In this document: piece by piece, positions 1-10,451 of the stretch
Position numbering within the stretch: the stretch's first letter is position 1
How the letters are laid out: each line of letters starts with the position of its first letter
NCBI GenBank assembly: GCA_965215885.1
Contig: CBDCEW010000049.1
Coordinates: 1-55,047, forward strand
DNA from: Candidatus Moanibacter sp.
Lineage (GTDB): Bacteria; Verrucomicrobiota; Verrucomicrobiia; Opitutales; UBA2987
Length of the DNA: 55,047 nucleotides
Direction of reading: 5' to 3'
The notes under the pieces: model-generated
The model's input: the letters and a program-made list of their open reading frames with translations, nothing else
Told to the model about the DNA's origin: nothing
The model's database searches: none
Position numbers and translations under genes: made by a program

Positions 1-171
1 CGGGGGGGAGTCGAGGAGGCTCCCCTCCCACCACCCAACAGCCCAGATAACCGGAGTCCGTCGTTGCGGGTTCGACTGTTAAGGAGACTTGGGGAACCGG
101 AACTAGCTGGAACGGGGGAGGGTTGAGAGAGTGCCTCCCAATCTGTTCGGCCCATTTTCTCACGCCCACAT

Positions 172-209
172 GTGAGCACAGCGCCAGCAACCGCGCCATG
201 AAGCCCAGA
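172..209 (+). repeat. 38-bp duplicate of repA-internal sequence (second copy 857-894)
   Basis: gtgagcacagcgccagcaaccgcgccatgaagcccaga occurs at both positions. Confidence 0.85.
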
Positions 210-297
210 GCTCATGCTGACTCGATCGGGGTCGGGGGAGAAGGCCATTAGGGCACCACACGGACGGGCCGTGGGCATTGCGCCCGCGGAGACCCTC

Positions 298-828
298 ATG
301 AAGCGCCTGACAGCAGCAATCATTCTGGGGCTGGCCAGCCTCTTCTTCGCCGTGAACCCCGCCGTGGCCCAGAGCGACGCGACGGTAACGGCCAGTGACG
401 TGATAGACCGGGAATCCCTGAAAGCCTTCGTGCTGGAGGCGAGGGAGTACCTGGATAGCTTCGAGACCCTTTCCGGGTACCGGGACGCCTTGGAGAGCTT
501 CAGGGCCGGCGGGGAGTGGAAGCAGGGCTCCGTCTACCTCTATGTCGGAACCACGGATGGGGTCGTAGTCTTTCACGCGGTCGATCCAGACCTCGAGGGT
601 CGGAACCTGTACGATCTCGAAGACTCCAATGGCGTCAAAATTATGCAGGAGATCCTCGCCGCGGCGGCGGAGGGAGGCGGTTACGTCGAGTATCTCTGGG
701 ACGATCCAGCCGTAGCAGGGGACGAAGAGACGGCCAGTAACAGACGAGGCACGTTGCCAAAAGGTAGCTTGTTGTTGACTCCGGCGGTCATCCCCAGTGT
801 GTACGGACCGTTGCGGCGGACATCCTGA
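298..828 (+). pseudogene. Secreted single-Cache-domain protein, C-terminus lost by fusion to a RepA fragment
   Basis: Signal peptide MKRLTAAIILGLASLFFAVNPAVAQS and Cache-like YLYVGTTDGVVVFHAVDPDLEGRNLYDLEDSNG..GGGYVEYLWDDP; after ~733 the frame runs into antisense RepA sequence. Confidence 0.7.
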
Positions 829-1055
829 AGCCGGTTGCCGGGGTTGGTGCGGGGCAGTGAGCACAGCGCCAGCAACCGCGCCATGAAGCCCAGATCGGGG
901 TCCGCTTCGCGGGCCTCGACCAACTGGTTCACTTGGTCGGCCTGGGTGAAGTGGTGCAACGCCTGGGGCGAGGCGTCGCGGATCGCTCTCACAGGACCGC
1001 CCAAACCGCCGAAGACTTCGCCGATCGGAACCAACTCGCCGCGTTTACGATGCAT
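733..1055 (-). pseudogene. N-terminal fragment of plasmid-type replication initiator RepA (RepA_C-like)
   Basis: LGFMARLLALCSLPRTNPG..RRNGPYTLGMTAG..KLPFGNVPRLLLA resembles RepA N-terminal motifs; ends abruptly after ~105 aa. Confidence 0.7.
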
Positions 1056-1213
1056 GGCTTATTCTCTCATGCTCCCCAGACAAGACCACAAGGGGGGAGC
1101 TGACCCGCTCGGGGAAGCGGTTCAATCGTTTGGAGATGGAAGTCACGGTTGGGTTCGAAGTGTACGTTCATACGTGTCCTTCACCAGAGATCGACCAGTC
1201 CGCGCCAGCGCTT

Positions 1214-1303
1214 GACCCGGGTGTCAAGCGGACCAATGGGGCGTCCGATTGCTTCGAGGTTCGCCCGGATCGCACCTGCCGCCCGGGCGTCCGCGGCATC
1301 GAA
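1214..1303 (-). pseudogene. Internal fragment of a VapC/PIN toxin
   Basis: FDAADARAAGAIRANLEAIGRPIGPLDT is a typical VapC segment, visible at the end of ORF 1181-1855. Confidence 0.7.
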
Positions 1304-2017
1304 GGAAACCGGGCCAGGTCCTGCTTCGTCGGCGTTTCGATCCCTTCGGCCCGGGCCAGCCCTTCCAGATATTCGTGGTAGGCTTTGCCCATGTCCCGGC
1401 GCACGATGCTGCGCATCGCGGCGTTGGCTTCCAGCGTGGTGGCGTCCACCGCCACCATCTTGCCCTTCAGCAGGTCGTGGTCGGCCAACGCCTTCAGCAC
1501 CCAGTTGAAGACCGCTTGGTGCACCTCCACCGGCAGGCGCTGGCGTATGCGCGACAGACTCGAGTGCTCCGGGGGGGATTCGTTCAAGGCGTAGCCCAGA
1601 AAGCGGCGCAGGGCCAGGGAATCGGCGACCCGCCAAGCGATGCCCCGCTCCGAGTCCAGCCCTTCGAAATAGCCGATCATGAGCAGGCGGAAATAGACCC
1701 CGGGGGCAATACTGGGACGCCCCAACGTCTCGGCGTAATACGGGGCGCAGAGCGCTTCTACAAAGACATTGAACCCATGCTCCGCCAGCAGCCTGTTGAG
1801 TCGAGTGAAAAACGGATGACTCGGCACCTCGGACAGGGTGCGGGTCGGCACCCACATTTCTTGCTGCTGACTTTCTTGGCGCTTGCTCATCGACATAATT
1901 GGCCTCCTTCCGACTTCGGCCCCTTTCCTTTGGTGTTTTCTAATTCTAGAAAGGGCCGATAGGGCAAGCAATCCCGTTATTGTTGTTTTTAAACTTCAGG
2001 ACTTTTTCAACGGTCTG
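1304..2017 (-). mobile_element. Truncated IS1182-family element (left end plus transposase N-terminus, start ~1896)
   Basis: GRPSIAPGVYFRLLMIGYFEGLDSERGIAWRVADSLALRRFLGY and VAVDATTLEANAA; terminal CAGACCGTTGAAAAAGTCC (reverse complement of 1999-2017); C-terminal half missing. Confidence 0.8.
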
Positions 2018-2141
2018 ATAGAGATCGTGAATCTGACGCCACGTCAGTTGCTGGGTGAAACGGCCGCACATCGTTAGATGATCTCCGGGGTCCTCCGTCT
2101 CGAGCTCCTTGCCTCAGCTGCGGCGCTTGGGTCGAGCTAAG

Positions 2142-2207
2142 AATAAGACCCCAATAAGACCCCAATAAGACCCCTAAGAGACCCCGGAGGCTTGAAGGGG
2201 TCTTATT
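2142..2207. repeat. Iteron-like 11-bp repeats
   Basis: aataagacccc x3 in tandem (2142-2174), variant taagagacccc (2175-2185) and an inverted copy ggggtcttatt (2197-2207). Confidence 0.8.
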
Positions 2208-3618
2208 CATCCCCAACAGCCTCGTGAGCGCGCCTCCACCGTGCCGCTAGACCGCGACCGGTGGACACCGCCAGCCCGCGGCCCCTCAACACCGCCAATG
2301 CCCTTCTTACCTGACGTTCGCTGGCGCGAGGGACCAACTGGGCACAAATCTCGCGCAGCGCCAAGCCGTCAGTCGCACGATCCAACAGGGTGAGAATCGC
2401 CTCTTGCCGTTCGATCAACTCGTTTCCGCTGCGCTGGGACGGCACAAACTGACCGTGTCGGAAGCACACCGTCACGCCCCCACCGGCATCCTCGATCTCG
2501 GGACGTGGCAGGCCCGCGGAGGTCGCCAGTTCCGCCATCTTGAGCGTTCCGCGCCCCCACTCTTCGATGATGCCGCGGCGATAAAAGGTACGAGCAATCA
2601 GTGGGTTCCAGGGCAGGGACTCATGTGGCGCGAACAGCTTCTCCGGGGTCAACCCGAAATGCAGCGTGCCGGAGGATGTCACCTCCAGCCGGTCGTCGTA
2701 GACCGCCACGCCCACGGAGCCGCCGCCAATCGAGTAATCGCGGTGGCACAGGGCGTTCGCCAGCGACTCCCGCGTCGCCAGAGGCGGGTAGAGCGGTTCG
2801 TCGATCCGTTCGATTCGGTCCGCCTCGATCCGACCAGCGATGGGTAGGGTGTTGCGTAGAAAGCGTTCGGCACTCGCGAGAAGCGTGAAGGCGTTGCCGT
2901 GGAACTGTCGATTGTCCAGGAAATCCGTTCGGTCGACGCCCCGAAAACGGGCGACACGGAGCAGGCACTGCGGCATCTCGAACTCGATGCGCTCGGTGTT
3001 ACCGAACAGCACCACCGCCGAACGCCAAAGGACACCATCCCGCAAGAGCCCAAGGCCGCGAAGTAACTCAGCCGGTTCCTGGGTGCCCGGGTCGTCCAGT
3101 CGGCCTCGCCGGATCGCTTCGGCGACCGTGCGTCGGATCTCCGCCACATCGAGGTCTTCGACCGACCATCCGGTGGCGGGCTGGTTCTCCCAGCGTTGCT
3201 CGCTGTGCATGCGCTCAAAGAGCATCCGGTTGTACTCGTCGGCCGACATGGCCAACGTCGTATTGCCAACTCGTCGATAGGCGGTACCCCGATATTGGTA
3301 CGGCCGCGCAGAGCCCTGACTCACGCGAACCGCTACCACTTCAAGGTCTCCCGCTATCTGAACCCGCCCGATCTCCGGAAATGCCGGCGGGTCGATCCTT
3401 TGGACCTCGGCGCTCACCTCCTCAATCGTCCGCTCGCTCACCTGCTGGCCGGCCACATCTCCCGTCGGCGTGACACCGAACAGCACGTGCCCGCCGCGCT
3501 GGTTAAGCATGGCGAACACGGTTTGGGCCGCCTCCCGGCGTGTACCAGTCGTTTGCTTGAACTCGAGCGTCTCAGATTCGCCTGCCACGGCTAACGCTGA
3601 GATCTGTTCAAGCGTCAT
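2203..3618 (-). CDS. Schlafen/AlbA_2 domain + HATPase_c_4 (RecG-C-like) + winged-helix protein
   Basis: GESETLEFK..AMLNQRGGHVLFGV, RESLANALCHRDY, PWNPLIARTFYRRGIIEEWGRGT, C-terminal HTH; start taken at MTLEQIS. Confidence 0.85.
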   Translation of the reverse strand: MTLEQISALAVAGESETLEFKQTTGTRREAAQTVFAMLNQRGGHVLFGVTPTGDVAGQQVSERTIEEVSAEVQRIDPPAFPEIGRVQIAGDLEVVAVRVSQGSARPYQYRGTAYRRVGNTTLAMSADEYNRMLFERMHSEQRWENQPATGWSVEDLDVAEIRRTVAEAIRRGRLDDPGTQEPAELLRGLGLLRDGVLWRSAVVLFGNTERIEFEMPQCLLRVARFRGVDRTDFLDNRQFHGNAFTLLASAERFLRNTLPIAGRIEADRIERIDEPLYPPLATRESLANALCHRDYSIGGGSVGVAVYDDRLEVTSSGTLHFGLTPEKLFAPHESLPWNPLIARTFYRRGIIEEWGRGTLKMAELATSAGLPRPEIEDAGGGVTVCFRHGQFVPSQRSGNELIERQEAILTLLDRATDGLALREICAQLVPRASERQVRRALAVLRGRGLAVSTGRGLAARWRRAHEAVGDE

Positions 3619-3676
3619 AGACGAATCTCCATCGCGCGCCTCGAGCCCCAGCGACGTTTCAACTGTTCGTTCCCAT

Positions 3677-5669
3677 CTACAACAGTGCGTTGAGCGCCAC
3701 GAAGGCCTGTTCGAATCTATCAAGCTCCTGATTACTCAAATCATCTGCAAGCGAGCCGATGTTGTCGCTGAAGTAGCGGGCGGGTCGATAGTGATTAAAG
3801 ATCGCGTTATTGGGGAGTGGATTACTCTCCAGATATTCCTCGAGTCGGTACGAAGAACTCGAGGATGCTTACCCGGCCAAATCGGTCAGGCCGATAGAGG
3901 ACCCGAACGCACCGTTCACCAACTTCAGATAGAAGTCGGGGCTGAACATATCCTCGATATCGGCTTCGTTGCTTCCGACGTAAAGTCTGCATAGGTGAGC
4001 ACTTTCCGCTTGTTGAGGAGCTTCCGCTTGTAAAGATTCTCAACGCTCTGCTGATCACTTCTTTTGGAGAATCGATGAGCACCGCGACGTTCAAATGCTC
4101 CTGTGCGCCAATCAGAGCAACGAAGGTTGGGACTTTGTCAGAGCCGCCAACCGGGGTAATTGTCCAATCAGTGCTCAGGCCAACCTTACTCCCTTTCCTC
4201 AAGCAGGGCGGATATGGTTTGGATGTACAGTAGGTCCGACAGCCCCTTCCACGACCAAGCTATTCGGACCGATGAAGAGCGTTTGATAAATCTCGTAACC
4301 GAGAGCACCTTGGAGCGGAAACAGACTATCGGGCGTGGCATCGAGAACCTCGGTGATGATCTTGCGTCCCTTGTTCGCTCCTCAGACAGTTTCGTCAGAG
4401 TCTGGCTCGATGCTCAGGTTCTGGACAATGCGGACGCGTTCAAAATGCATGGGGTCGACCATAAAAGGTGAGTGGGTTGTGTAGATAAGTTGGTAATTGG
4501 GCTCAAGTTGCTCCTCGAAGTAGCGAAGAAGATCAGCCTGGGCTTTTGCATGGAGAGAGAGGCCTGGTTCGTCCAGGAGCAGGATGAGGCTTTTGCCTTC
4601 TTTGCGGAGCTGTGAATACCAGGCTAGAAAAGAAAAGAACCAGACGAAGCCACGGGAGCGCGTACCAAGCGCCGTGCTTACATCGTGCTTCGTATCGTGG
4701 ATGCGCCCCCAGATATTCGTACCCGAAGTCATACCTGGCGGATCGCCGGGCCGGGCCGGACGGATGTCAAATTTCATCCGAAGATGCAGGTTCTGAGACC
4801 AATTAAGTAAGTACCGTCTGTGTGAGTTGGTTTTCGGCAGCTTCGAGATTAGCGAGTAGTGTTTCTGTTCGTTCTGGATCGACGAGTTCGTTCAAATCCA
4901 ATCCAGCAAGGTGGACTAACCCCAGGAGCGGGTAGTCCGGGTTTTCAAGGGAGTTCTGCTTCGACGCGTTGGCAGCAGCTCGTCGAGATTGTCTTGCCCC
5001 TTCATTTGGTAATACTCGTCGAAGTAAAGAAACTTCGGAATACGGTCATGGAGAATACGGTCGCAGATGCACCGCAGAGACATCTCCCTCGTAAATCTGC
5101 TGAAGTATGGGCACGTGAGATTCCGCACAGCTTCTGTCTGCTTCGGCGTTAGCGAGAGCCTCCGCCATTGCCTCGCCCGTCGCCATGTTCGAGTAGCTGC
5201 TCTGTGAGCGGTTCGAGGAAGACCAGCGGACATTTACGAGATGTGTTAGAAGCTGCTTCGTCATCGACATTCAAGGTCGCTGAACTTCAACCTCATTTGA
5301 ATATCCCTTGCGAAGGGTAACGGCTGGAGTCTTCGTCTTTGAGACATGCAGGGCCGAAAATCTCTTGGATAGCGGCCGTCGTGTCGCCAGATTCGAGTGC
5401 GTAGGTCGCATGAATAACGTCTGCAGGCCCTCGACGGTTGAGCCGCTACATCATTCTTGTAGTTAACCACGGCTCTACGTGGGTAATCGTCGGTGACGTC
5501 AAAAGAGCCATCCGCCTCGATAATGGGATTTAGGCGGTACAAGGCCTGAAGAACCGCAGTCTTACCTGATTCGTTTTTTCCAACCAGGCAGGTGACGTCG
5601 CCAATCTCGACTTCGGTCGAGTCCTGAATACTCTGAAACTCTCTGATGCTGTACTTTGGTAAGTCTCAT
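3677..5669 (-). pseudogene. OLD-family-like ABC ATPase + TOPRIM nuclease, multiply frameshifted
   Basis: MRLTKYSIREFQSI..LVGKNESGKT (Walker A), LLLDEPGLSLH (Walker B), YTTHSPFM (H-loop), SLVVEG and ITPVGGSDKV (TOPRIM), spread over several frames; ends RFEQAFVALNALL*. Confidence 0.8.
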
Positions 5670-5726
5670 GCGATCCTCCGAATCAGGTCGCAGAAATAAG
5701 GCTGACTTCTGCGCTGTGCATGGGCC

Positions 5727-6203
5727 TCAGTCTTCCTCGTCCTCGATCAGCCCGAGTCCCCGGAGCGGCTCCAGGACGCCATTCTCCAACTTGCTCTTGT
5801 CGAATCCACTCTTTGGCTTTGCCCTGGCACTGATGGAGACTTCACCCGCCACGTCTGCGAGGTTGGCGAGGGCGTTCCACGCCGCATACAGGGCGTTCCG
5901 GTCGGCAACGAACGAAAAAGCAACTTCACGTTCATCCTCGCCGGCCGGCGGCACCACATCGTCGGGACCAGTAGTTTCTCCGCCGTCGCCTGTCCCTGTG
6001 TCATCCGTCTCGTCTGTCCCTGGTTCGGCTCCGCTGCCGTTTTGCACCCACTCGTCCACCTCCGAGAGCCTGAATCGCAGCAACCGTCCCACGCGGTGTG
6101 CGGGAAAGCCCTTCGAGTTGACCCAACGGTAGACGGTATCTCTGGCTACCTGCAGGTGGGCATCGACTTCCCCGATACCGACCCAGCCTTCTTCAGCTGC
6201 CAT
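5727..6203 (-). CDS. Excisionase-like HTH_17 domain fused to an unrelated C-terminal domain
   Basis: WVGIGEVDAHLQVARDTVYRWV..FPAHRVGRLLRFRLSEVDEWV, an acidic linker, then ..LYAAWNALANLADVAGEV..ENGVLEPL. Confidence 0.7.
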   Translation of the reverse strand: MAAEEGWVGIGEVDAHLQVARDTVYRWVNSKGFPAHRVGRLLRFRLSEVDEWVQNGSGAEPGTDETDDTGTGDGGETTGPDDVVPPAGEDEREVAFSFVADRNALYAAWNALANLADVAGEVSISARAKPKSGFDKSKLENGVLEPLRGLGLIEDEED

Positions 6204-6299
6204 CTTTGACAGGCCTCAGCTTCAGGAAGAAACCAAAGAAACTCAACTACAATATATGAAACTCGGCATTCCTCGACGTCAACTCCGGGTGAACGAAAC

Positions 6300-6490
6300 G
6301 CACGAGCAGATGTGGGCGGCCGCGGGGGTAGTCGTAGAGCTTGACAAAGGCTGCGTCGGAGACATTCTGGCTTTTCCACATCGCCTTGAGAACGGCTGTC
6401 TTGCCGCTCTCGTTCTTCCCAACAAGAGCGTTCGCAAACGGGGAGGAATGCAGGGGTAATCTGGGACAGCGCGATGCGGATGCCGAGGAG
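6300..6490 (-). pseudogene. Second AAA/OLD-type ATPase N-terminal remnant
   Basis: ALVGKNESGKTAVLKAMWK..LYDYPR, paralogous to the start of 3677-5669. Confidence 0.65.
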
Positions 6491-6540
6491 AGGGGCTGAG
6501 TAAGCACGTAAATAATCGATCAAAGATCGAAGGAGGGAAA

Positions 6541-6711
6541 ATGCAGCTTTCCGCTCAATTCAAGCTGGAGAAAGAGACCAAAGGAACGTTCCGCTACGCC
6601 GAGGAAACGGCGGGGCAGCCACCGAAGATCGGCACCCTATACGTCCAGAAGTGGGCGCTCCCCAAGCCTCCTCCCACCCGCATCGCCATCACTGTCGAAG
6701 CATTGGACTGA
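6541..6711 (+). CDS. Small 56-aa hypothetical protein (absent from the ORF track)
   Basis: Strong RBS aggaggg upstream of ATG; MQLSAQFKLEKETKGTFRYAEETAGQPPKIGTLYVQKWALPKPPPTRIAITVEALD*. Confidence 0.7.
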   Translation: MQLSAQFKLEKETKGTFRYAEETAGQPPKIGTLYVQKWALPKPPPTRIAITVEALD

Positions 6712-7208
6712 CCCTCGTTGCCCTGGGACGCTTTCAAGTGCCACGGACATAGTTGAGGGTAATGGTGGTTCAAAATTGTTGGGGGTGACCAGCATCATGG
6801 CGGTTTTTCTGGACCATATCCAACTGCTGGAGTGGGGTTTGTAAGGCACGATAAAGTATGTTATCGGGCCGTAAAAAATGGACTTAATGGACCAACTGTA
6901 CGAACAGGCACTAACCAAGCAACGACCGATCTGGCTCGGATGGAGGCGACTCAAAGGCCTTCTCGTTCGCAGTTAGAAATGCTCATCCGTGGCATTTCAT
7001 GTCTCCCCAACCCACCCCAGCACGCGCCAGGCGGATCCTGTTTTCGGCAGTCTGAGGGTGACAAATAGGGTTTCCAGAGATTTCTGCCGGCCCCGAGTGC
7101 GAAAAATCGAGCTTTCAGCCGCTCGAGATTACTGCCAAATGGACTATACCCTACTTGGCAGCATGGAACGGAAACCTCGACCCCTTGGAAAGGGCATAGC
7201 GCGCATGC

Positions 7209-8261
7209 TCAAGAATCCAAAACGGTCTTATCGGGCGAACCAATGGGCGGCATCCGGCTTCCTAGCTTTCTCATATCGAGACACCGGTACTCTGCCTCTT
7301 CCAGAATATGAGTCCATCTTTCCATGAGTTCAGCGACCTTGGTATGAGGCAGTTTTTGCCCACCAATGAGGAAATGCGGCATCATAGTTGTGATTATTTC
7401 AGCAGAATATTCCAAGAAGTCCGTTTCTGATAGAGATCTAAGATAAGGTCGCATCCTGTATGCTTGCCGCCACATTTCATGATGGACAGGTGGTCGTTTC
7501 TCGTCATCCTTGAGCTCTGCCGCTTGCTTCTTAAATTTCAGGCCATCGAAATTCTGTATACGACCCCGTGAGAGAGACGGGTACCCCTCGAACTCAGCCC
7601 ATTTAAAAAGCGCACTGTCAAGATACTCTCCAGCAGTCGTATGGTCGTCCGTCGACGGTCCCTCCAAAAGAATCAACGGCAAGTGTTCCGATCCGTCTTT
7701 ACTAACCAATATGTGGCTTTCCGAAATAATCCACACATAGGCGATCTGTTTATATCGAATACTGTTATCTTTTGTTTTCAGTAGCATATCGCTTGCTTTG
7801 GTTGTCACAAGGTCAGGGGCAAGAATCCTGATCTCTTCATTCAATATTGCAACGACACCACATGCATGTTCCAAATTTAATGCTGTTTTCGTGGCCTCGA
7901 TTTGATCGTCAGCCTTTTCCAAAGCACTCTGCACAGCTCGCGTCACTGCATGGAAAATTTGCCGACGGATCTCTTCTCCATCCGGCAGGTACGGCAATAT
8001 CTCGTTCAGATCCGCCTTCCAGAAGAAAATGGGAAACTCCGGGCGGTCCCGGTGCGCGGCAATCCGCTCATTGATTTTGTATTCTGGGTCCGCTTCGAGA
8101 GATTTCACTTCCAAGACAATTCTCCGCTGATCCAAAAGGAAATCCGCACGCTTTCCGTGGGAAAGTTCTGTGTCGGACAGTGAGTCGTCGATGCTCTCGG
8201 CACCATCCAACTGGTCGAGAAAGGCCTGGAATCGATCTTCGAGTGAAGGTTTAGAGGTCAT
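7209..8261 (-). CDS. Hypothetical protein, possible PD-(D/E)XK nuclease fold
   Basis: 350-aa ORF of lower GC than its neighbours, with RADFLLDQRRIVLEVKSL (D..ExK) near the N-terminus. Confidence 0.6.
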   Translation of the reverse strand: MTSKPSLEDRFQAFLDQLDGAESIDDSLSDTELSHGKRADFLLDQRRIVLEVKSLEADPEYKINERIAAHRDRPEFPIFFWKADLNEILPYLPDGEEIRRQIFHAVTRAVQSALEKADDQIEATKTALNLEHACGVVAILNEEIRILAPDLVTTKASDMLLKTKDNSIRYKQIAYVWIISESHILVSKDGSEHLPLILLEGPSTDDHTTAGEYLDSALFKWAEFEGYPSLSRGRIQNFDGLKFKKQAAELKDDEKRPPVHHEMWRQAYRMRPYLRSLSETDFLEYSAEIITTMMPHFLIGGQKLPHTKVAELMERWTHILEEAEYRCLDMRKLGSRMPPIGSPDKTVLDS

Positions 8262-8495
8262 TATGATCCCGTTGCCCCTATGTTTGTTGCCAAGTAGTCT
8301 GGGGCGAGCCTTCGCGGAGAGTCTTCACAGTCTGCCCCATTTTCCCATGCCCCGATTCCAGTGGTCCCAAAAAGGATGATAAAGCTGGCAGTACTTAGCG
8401 TATGTTAGAGGAGGCCGATCTAAGGCTTCCGGCCAATTCGATTGACCCCTTTTCGCATCGCGTGATCAGTTGGGCAAAACCATACAGGCCGTCAC

Positions 8496-9453
8496 CTAGA
8501 TCTTGAGCGGACCATCCCCAAGGACCGCAGAGATTCGTTTCGCGAGGTCGCCTCGCAATTCCTCCGGTGTCTCCCAGACAATGTGAGGGTACTGGCGTGT
8601 GTCAAAATGGACCTTCTCCAACCCATCTTTTCGGCAAGTAAAGATTACGGGGATATTGAGTCCATGAGCAAAGCCGGCTTCGTAGTAGACGCCACCGCGC
8701 GGCCCAGTCTCCCCCTGTGTGAAGTCCGCGACTAGAAAGCGAGCTCTCCGAATTTCGGCGATGATCTCATCGTCAATCTTGTTCAGGTGCTCTTTCCGAT
8801 CGATCCGAACTGCCTCGTAGCCTGTGTTTCTGATTGCTGGACGGATCCCTTCTTCCCAGACTCCGTCCATGGATTCGGCAAACCACATGGCTACAAAGGC
8901 TTGCGACGAATCCGTAATAACATGTTCAATCTCAGCAAGATATCTGTATCCCTCCACTGTTATGACGTACCCCCGATACCCTAGGGTCTGGTGGTCGTGT
9001 GACAACCATCCCCGGATTTCCAAGCTATCTGCTAAGTAATACACCTCCTCGCTCTTCGTGGATTCTGACCAAGCTAGCATTTCCAAAAAAGCAGGGTGAT
9101 TCTCATCTCTGTGGCAACCAAATGCTTTCCCAATATTTGGAGTTTGTGTTTGGATGTATAGCAGGAGATTGTCAGCACGTTGATGGACTGATAACCCCTC
9201 GTCGCTGCTTCATTTGGTCAACCTCTGGGGAACATACTTTCGGGCAATCAGCACCCAATCGACGTTATTCGATCAACCATGATGTCAGCTGAGCTTTCAG
9301 GTTTTCATCGTGGCTTTTCAGTATTTCTGTTGCTGTGTCAGCAATAAAATACCAGCCTCCAGCACGCGGAGATTCTACAGTCACCCCGTGGCCTGTTCGC
9401 GGTTCGATGGATGCCGGTGTGTTCCAAATTGGACAGGCTGAATATTCACTCAT
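8496..9453 (-). pseudogene. TIR-like / nucleoside 2-deoxyribosyltransferase-domain protein, disrupted
   Basis: C-terminal QAFVAMWF..IDDEIIAEIRRARFLVADFT..GVYYEAGFAHG..HFDTRQY; N-terminal MSEYSACPIW piece ends in TAA at 9265, with further disruption downstream. Confidence 0.75.
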
Positions 9454-9483
9454 GGTATTTAAGCTCCAACGTTTTGGATCTGA

Positions 9484-9795
9484 CTAGGCCATTAGTGGCC
9501 TCAGGAAGTTGAGTGCGTGGGTGAATCCGATCCGTGCCTGATTAAGACTCGAGGCGACGAAGATAACCTGGCCACGCGGTTGCGATAAGGGGCCGAGGAA
9601 TCCGGCGGCGGCAATCGCAGCCGAGAGAGTGGTCTTACCGTTTGCTCGGGCCATAGACAATCCGCACTCCGAGTTGCTTGCCAAGCCTTCGAGGAAGCGC
9701 ACTTGGTAAGGCATCAGCTCGATTCGATTGCCGGTCTTCGGGCCTTCAGATATCTTGAGCCGTTGAATCCACTTGATTAGCTTCTCTGAATCCAT
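9484..9795 (-). pseudogene. Phage terminase large subunit N-terminal ATPase fragment
   Basis: LKISEGPKTGNRIELMPYQ..LSMARANGKTTLSAAI..VASSLNQARI; only 103 aa. Confidence 0.75.
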
Positions 9796-10076
9796 GCGTG
9801 AAGGTGTCTAGGTCTCTGCTGATGACGCTCGAAGGGACAAAGAGATATCCCCAAACTTGCAGGCAATCAAGACTCTTCCTGAGGCATTCTAAGTCGACAG
9901 GGGGGGGATGTTTTGTAATTTGGGAGAGCCCGCTAGACCATGGTCCAATATCCGACAAAAAACAAAAGCGCTCGCCACTCTTTCCCCACTCAGACACCCC
10001 CTCCTGTTTGAAATCGCTTGAAATTCATTCCTTTTCGCACGATTACATGCGTTTTGAAAATGCAAGAGTTGGCCGC

Positions 10077-10250
10077 AATTGCCGCGTAAGCGCCCGACGG
10101 CTGGAGCCGTATCTCGTCGCGTCCTGCCAATGCTTTTGTGATGTCGTACCCCGACGGCTGCAGCGGCCCGAGTTGCGGGTCGACCTTTGGGTAGTCGTAG
10201 AGGCCACGTGCAAGCTTGCGGATGGTTCCAGCGTCAGCTGTGCCGCTTCA
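10077..10250 (-). pseudogene. AbiEi-like (DUF6088) type IV antitoxin fragment
   Basis: Hand translation in a frame absent from the ORF track: GTIRKLARGLYDYPKVDPQLGPLQPSGYDITKALAGRDEIRLQPSGAYAA. Confidence 0.7.
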
Positions 10251-10451
10251 GGATCGTTGTCAGAGTAGAGCTTCCGGTAATATCGACGAAGTGGGTTGGT
10301 GTGAAGACCCAACCTCTTCCGTGTGAATAGATTCGATTAGGAACCTTCCTATGAATGCTTTCTGAGTGCTTTCCCATTCTATTTTCAGGACAATTTTATA
10401 ATAATATTTGTCTCAAAAATCTCAGAGTTCCGGGCCCCCTCGACCACCGAA

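Noticed and set aside
2007..2216. 69-aa ORF (GLLGVLLGSYWGLI)
   Set aside because: Translation of the 11-bp repeat array, not a credible gene.
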